Position numbers and translations under genes: made by a program. The notes under the pieces are model-generated. The model searched no databases, had not been told where the DNA came from, and worked only from the letters and a program-made list of their open reading frames with translations. From Stegostoma tigrinum (lineage: Eukaryota), in the NCBI RefSeq assembly GCF_030684315.1, contig NC_081388.1, forward strand, positions 8,664,093 to 8,728,092: a stretch of 64,000 nucleotides of DNA. Reading direction: 5' to 3'. Every line of letters begins with the position of its first letter. The stretch's first letter is position 1. Shown here one piece after another: positions 1-8,050 of this stretch.

Positions 1-53
1 ATAGAACCTTCATTTCAAATTGGTTCCCCATTCCTTCATCTGTTGTCTTTCAG

Positions 54-1630
54 ATGACTGGAGACTTCTTGATCTACACCACCCACCTGACCCACATCCC
101 AAACTATCCTGGGTCTGTCATTGTGAGAACCAATGGAGCTGTCATTCCCATTGTGTCGTTATTTGAGGTGAGCCTTTGCTAGATTGTCAACATCATCTGT
201 AGCTGTCACCTGACACTAGCTTAAAATGGCTGCACTGTCTCTCCCCAGGACAGGCAATGTGAGCAGTGACCCCATCAATCCCACAGGATCCCATTCAGCT
301 CCACCAGGTCTAGAGAAGGGCACTTGTCATTCTCCCTGCGTCTAATGAATGGTATGTGAGGGCTGGCTAGGGAGGGATCGCCTGGTGTCACTCACTGGGA
401 GCTGCACCTACTATCTGTAACCCTTGTCCTCTTGTACTTCAGGTGACTGGCTTAAAGAGCACACTTCCACTGTCTACTCCCTGGGAGACCTCATTCACAT
501 TGAGGCGTCTGTTTCAATGGACAACCACTTGCCCCTGAAGCTGTACATTGACCGCTGTGTAGCTACACTGAGCCCAGGCAAGGACTCCAGCCCCAGATAC
601 AGCATCATTGACTACAATGGGTAAGGAGCTCTCTGCTTTCTCCAGCTGCTTCCATCTCAATGGCTTCACTCCGTTCACTTCATGGCCCTTTGTTCACCTG
701 CAGTTGCCTCGTAGACAGCAAAGCTGAGGACTCCTTTTCAACCTTTGTGTTGCCGAGAGACCAGCGGGAGCCAGACAAGCTCAGGTTTGACCTGGATGCC
801 TTCCGCTTCTATGGAGATGAACAATCCTTGGTAAGAGGAAGCTGCTGATTAGTCACTCCCACCCAGTGGGGAGAAGCCAAACTGACTTGTGCTGCATGTG
901 TCCCTCAGATATTCATCACCTGTCACCTGAAAGTTGCTGCAGTAGATCAGGGAGATTCCAGGAACAAAGCTTGTACTTTCCAGAAGCTGCACAAGATGTG
1001 AATGGTTTCTGACCTACCCTCTGCCCCCACTCACCGTCCCTTAGTGATGTTGTTGGTGAGGTGATGCCCCACGTGGTTCATGAGCTTTTTCTCCTGTTTA
1101 GCTGGACCCCACTAGAGGAATCAAGCAGTGACATTTGTGCCTGTTGCCATGTGGGGAACTGTGGTAGCACACGGGACATCATCCTTCCCTTCAGAGGAAG
1201 GAGAGACCTTGGAGCTGAAGCTGGTAAGTCACTGAACCACGAGATGTTCGGGCTATACACCCCTTCCTGAACCTAACCGTACTGCTCTCTCTCCTGCAGA
1301 GTGAAGCTGGATTGAAGTGGGAGGGTGAGTCCTCAGTTGGCCCCCTGCTCATTCTGGATCCTGAGCTGACCAGCCTGGCGACTGAGCCCCTGACTGAGGA
1401 TGAGCAAAGGATGCAGGAGATGTCTCCAGGCGGTGAGTTGCCTGACTGCTAGTTTGCCTCTTTGTCCCAGTTTCCATCAGTAACCATTGGTTTCTCCTTG
1501 CTGTGTAGGTGTGCAGTCTGAGCTGGTTGTGATGCTGTCCCTGACAGTGACAGCTGTCTCCCTGATCTCTGCTTCGTTGATGGCCTTGATCCTGTACAGG
1601 AAGCACCAGCGAACTCCACTCAACTATTGA
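54..1630 (+). pseudogene. zp3: ZP3-like gene copy 1 (mostly type A), exons 2-9 only; exon 1 lies upstream of the window. Three frameshifting indels.
   Basis: Exons 54-167, 249-351, 443-620, 704-830, 909-997, 1102-1223, 1300-1432 and 1509-1630, all with GT-AG boundaries. Versus intact copies, exon 2 lacks 2 bp (ATTGTGTCG vs ATTGTGTGTCG), exon 3 lacks 1 bp (CCCACAGGATC vs CCCACCTGGATC), and the exon 8 start lacks AG. The first frameshift reaches TGA early in exon 3. Confidence 0.8.
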
Positions 1631-1641
1631 TGGAATAGTCC

Positions 1642-1647
1642 AATAAA
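1642..1647 (+). terminator. Polyadenylation signal AATAAA of copy 1; the same signal is present after every complete copy, e.g. 10871-10876
   Basis: AATAAA lies ~12 nt after the stop codon and is followed by a GT/T-rich tract (TTGTCTCTTGTTTCTTG). This implies a very short 3' UTR. Confidence 0.8.
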
Positions 1648-2022
1648 GCAGTGACTCCTTGTCTCTTGTTTCTTGCACCTAGTTTGTTTCTGCATCCTCA
1701 TGCGAGTTGATATCCCTGGGGTTATGCTATGAACCCCCAGAAACCTTTTCTGGCTGTTATTTTTACTGAATGCAAGCAGTGATGCCTAAACAGTACAGTG
1801 ACTACAGGGTCTTGTTGGCAACACAAAATGGGACTTCCACATCTGAGATCAATATTCACACCATTCCCTCTATAATAGGAACACTGGTGTGAACTGTCCT
1901 GAGTTTGCTCCAATTACATCGGTCCTTTGCGAATCAGGACACCTGGGTGTTCAGAGTAAGAAACGTTGATCAGACTGGCCCTCCATGCTGTATCCCTGCC
2001 TCTTTACCTAGATGCTGGGCAT

Positions 2023-2345
2023 GGGTGGCATGGAGGCTTAGTGGCTTAGACTGTTGCAACGCAACACCAGGAGACTGAGTTCATTCCACCTGCTGGTGGT
2101 TGCATGTTATCGCTGTGACTGGGAGTGCTCAGGTATCTTTTCCCCTCCACCCAAAGGGGTGCCAGTCACCATGAATTGGCCATGGGGAAAGTGCACCAGA
2201 GTACAGGGATATGTAGGCCCTGTGGGTTATATATGGGGGATGTAGGGTTAAAGGGCATGGTCAGGACCCTCTTCAGAGGGGTTGGGGTAGCTGTGTGGAC
2301 TCAATGGGGCAATTGCACTGCTTCCATAATGTGAGAATTCTATGG
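2023..2345 (+). mobile_element. Degraded tRNA-derived SINE, HE1/V-SINE-like; copies also at ~11250-11570, 20757-21082, 29842-30165, 38925-39245, 48431-48758, 57513-57835
   Basis: Head GGGTGGCATGGAGGCTTAGTGG with A/B-box-like GAGTTCA, central GTGAATTGGCCATGGGGAAA, and tail GGACTCAATGGG...ATTCTATG. These resemble the elasmobranch HE1 SINE as I recall it; no alignment was run. Confidence 0.6.
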
Positions 2346-2792
2346 GGTGAATCAAACTGGTGCCTGAGACACATTGCTCTGTCTTCTGCTGTATTCTTCA
2401 GAAAGAATCTCAGTCCAATGTCCACCTTGTCTTGTAAATATTAGTTGTTTTTTTTCTCCACTGGGCTTTCTTCCCTGGGGTTTTGGTCTGAGGTCAGATA
2501 GTCCTGACTCAACTGAGTCAAGCATCTACTGTACAAATTGCAGCTGAATGTGAATGCAGGCTGGGGGCCCTGTTTTGGAATGTACAGGCCTTAAGACTCC
2601 TCCACACTTCAGGCCCTCATTAACAACTGGGGTCTAGAGGTGAACAATAATCAAGTGTCATCCCTTCTGCTCCAAAAACTATACCCAGTTGCTGATGACC
2701 TAATTATAAAGATGGCCACAACACACATCTGAGAGTTACTGCCCAAGCGCCTTTGTAAGCTTTAGCTGTTTAAACACTTCATTACTGTGGGT

Positions 2793-2952
2793 AATAAAAT
2801 GTGAGGCTGGATGAACGCAGCAGGCCAAGCAGCATCTCAGGAGTACAAAAGCTGACGTTTCGGGCCTAGACCCTTCACCAGAGAGGATTTTGTGCTCCTG
2901 AGATGCTGCTTGGCCTGCTGTGTTCATCCAGCCTCAGATTTTATTATCTCTC
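2793..2952. mobile_element. Unit-1-specific 160 bp fold-back insertion derived from a Penelope-like element terminus, with a 14 bp target-site duplication
   Basis: Arms 2793-2850 and 2888-2945 are reverse complements (55/58 nt). Flanks are TCATTACTGTGGGT (2779-2792) and TCATTACTATGGGT (2953-2966). The equivalent site in other units is empty (e.g. ~21520 TTCATTACGATGGGTGG). Confidence 0.8.
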
Positions 2953-3169
2953 TCATTACTATGGGTGGTGTGTTTCTCTATAATGTGTTCTCCTCCTGTA
3001 ATACCTTCACACAAATGTTCTGGGATGTTCAGTGCCTTGGAGAATTTCAGTAATCCTATTTTGATTTACATCAAGCAGTGCACCAATCATTGTCAAACAA
3101 TTTTTAATATAATTTCCTCACGGATGAGGGTGGCACAGGCTAGGTGCGTGTTTATTGTCCAGAGGGCAG

Positions 3170-3385
3170 CTGTAGTCCAGGCAAGGATGGCAGTTTCCTT
3201 CTGTGAAGGATGGTGGCGAACTAGATGGGTTTTCTCCCAACAATTGGTAACAGACTCTGTCATTATTGGACTGTTTAATCCCGGATATTTTTATTGAATT
3301 TGAATTCCAGCTCCCCGGAACATCACCTGTGTCTCTGGTTAAACTGCCCAACTATAATACCACAAGGCCATCGTAATTACCCATG
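3170..3385 (-). mobile_element. Degraded DeuSINE/SacSINE1-like tRNA-derived SINE in reverse orientation; present in every unit (~12200, 21740, 30800, 39880, 49420, 58470)
   Basis: GGCAAGGATGGCAGTTTCCTT...GAACTAGATGGGTTTT...ATAATACCACAAGGCCATCG resembles the reverse complement of a shark DeuSINE-type element as I recall it. B/C-type units keep a B-box-like GGGATTTGAC. Confidence 0.5.
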
Positions 3386-3830
3386 GCATTCAATCACAGG
3401 CAGAGAAAGAACAATACTGTTGAGCTTGGGGCTTGTCCTCTGACAGTGTTATTCAATCATTTCAGTCTGGAGGAAAAGGAAAAGGTGTTCGTAGTTTTGG
3501 GTGTGTGGAAGTATTACTGTGTTCGTCCTTTCTCTGAGAAGCCACTGGGGCTAACTTTCTATGACCTCACACCATGCTTCAGTCCCTCTTTGTGGGCAAG
3601 CACTGTTGGAGCTACGTTATGTTGGGTAAAAAGTTAAATTCATCACAATTCCGCTCACACATTTGCTTGTAAATTAAATATACTCCAGGTACTGTGTTCA
3701 AAGAAGCACAGGTGAATGTTTGCTGGCATTCTGATCACACATTTTCCCTCAGTAAGCACCTCTGTGGGATCTTTCCTGCTGCTTTTCCCTACATTACCAC
3801 AGATGCCACACTTCAAATTTCACCCCATTC

Positions 3831-4202
3831 AGGTTGGAGATGTGCTCACTGAGCGAACAGGTTTGGATGCAAACGTTTCATCACCCTGCTCGGTAACGTC
3901 GTCAGTGCACCTCTGGGGAAGCGATGGTGTTCAGTCCCACTAGTTAATTCTGTGTCTCAGCTTGCTGGAATGGTTGGGATTCCTTCCGGTTCTGTTTCTC
4001 AGTGGTTTGTATATTGGGACAGTTCAATCACTGAGGAACAGAACTGGAAGCTATACCAGCCATTCCAGCAAACAGAGACATATAAATAACAAGTGGGACA
4101 GAACACCATCGCTTCCCCAGAGGCACACTGATGATGTTATCTACCAGGGCGATGAAATGTTTGCACCCAAAGCCAACGGCTCGGCCAGCATGTCTACAAC
4201 CT
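3831..4202. repeat. ~370 bp imperfect inverted repeat of Penelope-like pseudo-LTRs, each arm with a hammerhead-like core; copies at 12915-13286, 22396-22767, 31511-31882, 40592-40963, 50071-50443, 59182-59553
   Basis: The reverse complement of 3831-4008 aligns with 4027-4202. For example CTCTGGGGAAGCGATGGTGTTC pairs with GAACACCATCGCTTCCCCAGAG, and TTCCGGTTCTGTTTCTCAGTG with CACTGAGGAACAGAACTGGAA. Confidence 0.85.
3865..3911 (-). ncRNA. Minimal type-I hammerhead ribozyme-like motif (Penelope-associated)
   Basis: The minus strand reads GGUGCA-CUGACGA-C-GUUACC-GAGCAG-GGUGAU-GAA-ACGU-U-UGCAUC. This gives a 6 bp stem I, a CUGANGA core, a 6 bp stem II (with G-U pairs), GAAA, a palindromic ACGU mini-stem III and a GUU cleavage triplet. 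Confidence 0.6.
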
Positions 4203-4247
4203 CATTCACAACCCCAACTACCAATCTCCTCAAACTTTTCACCCCAG

Positions 4248-5340
4248 TGTCTGCGAATCGCTTTCAGTACGTTCCTAACTTGAAAAGAGACAAGATCAGA
4301 ATGCATTTACTTTAAGGTGGTTTGGACAGTAACCAGTCCTTCACCACCCCTTAAAGGCTCACAGTAAGCTTGGCTCTTTGTTACATTGTTGGCTTGACAT
4401 TGGCCGGGCAGCTGTTGTTCTGGGTAGACGAGGATGCTTCAGGAAGAATGTAGACAGAAAGCAATGTCTTTTCATGGAATCAGATGGCACCAGTAACCAG
4501 CCACTGAGGACTTGGGATTGAGAGCAGGGTTGGCACTCAGTGCGTCAGCTCATCTCATCTATTGGCACGGACCCTGGCATTGCCTTATGCATGTGGATAT
4601 CTCACCTGATTCCTTTTGCCTTGCTGCTTCCAATGACTCTTTCAAAGTTTGACGCTTTCAAATCTGTTTTTACTGCGATCCTGCGACTGCACCAATCTGA
4701 AAGTAAACAGGGCCGAATGGTACATGTTGTATACATTGCCCTGCCTACCACCCTCAGATTGTGGTCAGGGCACTTCATTGCTACGAGCCTCTCGTCGTGA
4801 CCAACCCGGCTGGTGGGCAAGTAAAGTGACCAATGAGTCTCAACCAGAAGAGGCCATTTTTTTCGAAAAAACGAGGTCTCATTTAGTGAGTGACAGTGAT
4901 CACAAACCACCTAATTTACCAAGTTGCTCCCACAATGATGAGGAAATCTAGGTTAAGATCTCTAACCTCTTTGGGTTCCAAGATCCTCAAGACATGATTG
5001 GATAAAACTCTTCCTAGAGTTAAATCGTTCGAAATTATTACTTCATACAACATCTCCATCAAACCTTACCCTATTTTGCACGGACCATTAAATTAACCGT
5101 GACCCCACATTCCCCCAAGTCTCCGATTTTACAACTTCATGGCATCCTGGAGGTTTTGTAATTCTCCCTGAATTCATTCTCTTCAGACTTGGCAGATTGG
5201 TGGGTCTTTGACTTGAGGGCTATTGGCCTTGATCCTATTCTAAAGCTCTACATCAGCAGACTGCTGGAAATGCTGGTGTTTTGAGCTGAGGTTGAAACTC
5301 GTGCTACCCCAGGGGCGTTACTCTATCACCTTAGCTGGAG
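4248..5340 (-). mobile_element. Possible LTR-retrotransposon (Gypsy-like) 3' end relic: pol tail, PPT and a putative LTR at 4248-5109; present in every unit
   Basis: On the minus strand, KRMNSGRITKPP resembles the Gypsy pol C-terminal 'RSGR..KPP' motif. It is followed by the purine tract GGGGGAA, then TGTGGGG (5109), and a candidate end ...GCAGACA (4248) preceded by AGTAAA. Motif-level evidence only. Confidence 0.3.
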
Positions 5341-5769
5341 GACTCTTCATCTCCTGAATTTCTTTTGCAGCCGAACTCTTTCCTGATAACTAAGGGAGTT
5401 GCCCTATAACATCATCTCAGCAGCGTTCATCTCGTGGAATTTTCATCACGGATTCCACTGGTGAAGCTGATATGTTCTTTTACAATGTGTAGGATTCTGG
5501 GTTTTTGGACCAGGTAATCTCTTCACAATCATGTTCTGTGCCTTCATCTTTATTTAGTTGCGGTTCCTATGGAAACATGTGCAGGTCACTTTCAATCAGT
5601 GTGAACTAATCTTCACACTTACCCACTCCCCCAACCCCGATACATCTGTACTGAAGTAAGTTCGCTCTCTATGTTTACTAGTAGCTTGTTCTGAACATCG
5701 TAATTTGCCCTCAATGTTTGTCCTATTGATGAACACAATATGTTCATATCCTTGGCCACTATTGAAGAA

Positions 5770-5890
5770 TTGTTCAGAGGAAGGGTCTCTCTACCCGAAA
5801 CAGTAACTATGATTTCTCTCCACAGATGCTGCCAGCTCTGGTGAACTTTTCCAGAAATTTCTGTTTTTGTTTCTGATTCACTGCATCTGT
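5770..5890 (+). mobile_element. Second Penelope-like terminal fragment with a degenerate hammerhead core; present in every unit (~14855, 24335, 33450, 42532, 52013, 61122)
   Basis: CAGAGGA-AGGGT-CTCTCT-ACCC-GAAAC is followed by GATTTCTCTCCACAGATGCTGCCAG...TTTCTGTTTTTGTTTCTGATT, which resembles shark Penelope-type termini. The core CUGA is mutated to CAGA. Confidence 0.5.
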
Positions 5891-6099
5891 GTCTCTGTCA
5901 GTTTTTAACTGAAAAATTGTTATTGACTTTGCTCTTTCACAGACTGTCAGAGTCATGGAGTTATACAGCATGGAAGCAGGAGTAGGGAACCCTGGATGAA
6001 AAAGGCTGTTACCAGAACAAAGAAGGTGGGATTGATCAGGTACAGGCAACTGGGATCAAGGGAAGGCATGGAGGTAGAGAGGGGTTACAGGATTTAACT

Positions 6100-7782
6100 G
6101 AAGAAGGAAATCAGGATGTCTCAAGAGGGGCATGAGTCAGCTTTGACTGAAAATGTCAGGGCGAATCCAAATAGATTCTTTCCGTATGTTAAAGCCATAA
6201 AAATAACTGGAGAGAGAAATGGAACTCTGAATGGCCAGAGTGGGCATGCATGTGTGGAACTGCAGGAGATGAATGAGGTTCTCAATGAATAGTTTGCCTC
6301 TTTGTGAACTGTGAATAATGACATGAAGACATGGCAACTTTGGGAAGTTAGTGGTGATATCTTGGTGACAGTCCATGTCACAGTGGAGGAGGTGTTGGAA
6401 GTATTGGAAGTGCTGAGAAGAGAAACATGGGAATAATACACTTGCAAGCGTAACATGTGTGATAGGCAAGTTACTTGAGAAGATTCTGAGGGATAAGATA
6501 TGCATGAATATCAAAAGACAGGTTTTGATTAGGAGTAGTCAGCATGTCTTCGTGCATTAGAGATGATGCCTCACAAATTTGTCAGAGTTCTTTGATGAAG
6601 TGTTCAGGAAGTTTGATGGGAGGGCAGGAGTCATTTTCCATATGGATTTCAGTAAGGCCTTTGATAAGTTTCCATGATGCATTTTGGAAAGTGAGATCAA
6701 GGTGGGAATTTCAGGATGAACAGTAGGGCTGTAAGGAATGTAGTGGAACAGAGGGATATTGGAGTTCAGATGCACAATTCTCTGAATGCAGAGTGACGGG
6801 TAGACAGGGCAGTGAAGATGGCGTTTGGCACGCTGGGATTCGCCAATGAGGGCAATGAGCATCTAAGGTGGGAAGTTGTGTTGCAGATATGCAGGACCTA
6901 TTTGGAGTGTCAGCATGGCAAAGTGTGGATGAACACAGCAGGCCAGGCAGCTTCAGAGGAGCTGGAAAGTTGACGTTTCAGGTTGGGACCCTTCTTCAGA
7001 AATGTTAGAGGGGAAAGGGAGGTCAGAAGTTAATACAGAGGAGGGGTGGTGCTGGGGAAGATAGGTGGGATGGTGGTAGGTGAGTGCAGGGAGGGCTGAT
7101 GGGGATTAGTCAGTGCGGTGGGAGGCGCAGATAAGTGGGAGAGAACTTAGGACAGGATGTATCAGGCCAAGGAGGCCTGAGATGAGATGAGGACCGGGAG
7201 GGAAGCTTTGAAAACTGGTAAAATCCACCTTTAGGCCATTGGGCATCAGCTCCTGAGGCAGGACATGAGGTGCTTCTCCTCCAGTTTGTGGGAAGTTGTT
7301 TGTTGCAAGTCAAGTGCAGATGTTTTGCGAAACAGGCTCTGTATCTCTGCTTGGAGTATTGTGTTCAGTTTTGTTCACCTTGTTACAGGAGCAATCCGAT
7401 TAAATTGGAAAAGGTGAAACTGTTACCCTGAGATAGAGGGAGAGGTTGGACAAGCTCAGGCTAATTTCTTTACAGCATAGGAGATTGAGAGGGGATATCC
7501 TCGAAGTGTATAAGCTCATGAGAGTCTTGAAAAGACATGGCAACCTGGTCACCCTGAGGGTGGTGCGCACACGTAGTAAGGGGCCAACAGAAGTGCTTGA
7601 GGGGCTACATTAACAACATTTAATAGACATTGGGACAAATACATGGATGGGAAAGGTTTAGAAGGATAGAGGCAAGGTGCGAGGAAATGAAATTAGCACA
7701 ATGGACATTTTGATCAGCATGCACCATTCTGAGCCAAAGAACATCTCTCTGTGCCTGAACACTCTGTGACTCTATTGTACTC
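6100..7782 (+). mobile_element. Decayed CR1-type LINE 3' fragment, internally deleted form; also ~24665-26346, 33780-35462, 52340-54016, 61450-62976
   Basis: Pseudo-ORF2 pieces include ENVRANPNRFFPYVK, MDFSKAFDK and LEYCVQF. The 3' tail is ...GGGCCAAAG...CTCTGTGACTCTAT. There are many stops and frameshifts. Confidence 0.75.
6920..7290 (-). mobile_element. Penelope-like element 3' fragment nested inside the CR1 LINE; present in every unit (~16352, 25484, 34600, 44032, 53154, 62114)
   Basis: GGATGAACACAGCAGGCCAGGCAGC...GACGTTTCAGGTTGGGACCCTTCTTCAG is homologous to the left arm and loop of the 2793 insertion. The minus-strand core 6972-6999 reads CUGAAGA-AGG-gucccaa-CCU-GAA-ACGU-C. The fragment interrupts the LINE just before the LEYCVQF motif. 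Confidence 0.65.
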
Positions 7783-7819
7783 AGGGGGTCATCTCCATGA
7801 GAACTTGTGGAGCTGAATG

Positions 7820-8050
7820 CAGTCAGGTGACAGCATGGCAACTCCCAGCCATTCCTATTGGTCCAAATGAAATGGGCCCTTCTGGTAAGAAGCCAATGGA
7901 TTTAGACTTTGGTGGAATTTGCAGAGATTGGGGCTGGATCATTGGTTCATTGTTGCTGCTTCTGGTCTGATTGGTGTCAGGTGAGTGCAGGTTGTGTGTA
8001 TCAAAGGAGCTGGGTGGGGGCTGGAAGTGATGGTTGAGTTGTTTGGCATC
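7820..8050 (+). promoter_or_regulatory. zp3 proximal promoter (copy 2): E-box, five CCAAT boxes, a second E-box and a variant TATA
   Basis: CAGGTG at 7824-7829 and 7978-7983. CCAAT/ATTGG at 7857, 7893, 7927, 7941 and 7970. TATCAAA at 7999-8005, where the other copies have TATAAAA (17455, 26563, 35679, 45133, 54233, 63193), 52 nt upstream of the ATG. Confidence 0.7.

Noticed and set aside
150-290. Possible compensating frameshifts in copy 1 (-2 in exon 2, -1 in exon 3)
   Set aside because: The shifted frame reads GAC AGG CAA TGT GAG CAG TGA and stops before the second indel.
1349-1678. Antisense ORFs over exons 8-9 and over the LINE (e.g. 6121-6514, 61472-62056)
   Set aside because: These are shadow frames of coding or TE sequence, vary in length between units and have no independent gene signals.
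3962-4315. 117 aa ORF (MLEWLGFLPVLFLSG...) open in all seven spacers, with a signal-peptide-like start
   Set aside because: It starts at TTG, lies within the Penelope-derived inverted repeat, and has no promoter, splice or poly(A) support. Its persistence is explained by near-identity of the units.
4540-4951. Three overlapping ORFs (86, 100 and 102 aa) conserved in every unit
   Set aside because: They have non-ATG starts, overlap on both strands and contain no recognisable domain. Conservation is at the DNA level in all frames.
7985-8050. Upstream in-frame extension of zp3 exon 1 (MQVVCIKGAG... / MVE...)
   Set aside because: The GTG start lies upstream of the TATA box. The ATG at 8030 sits at about the predicted TSS and is absent in copy 8, whereas ATG 8051 has a good Kozak context and is conserved in all copies.
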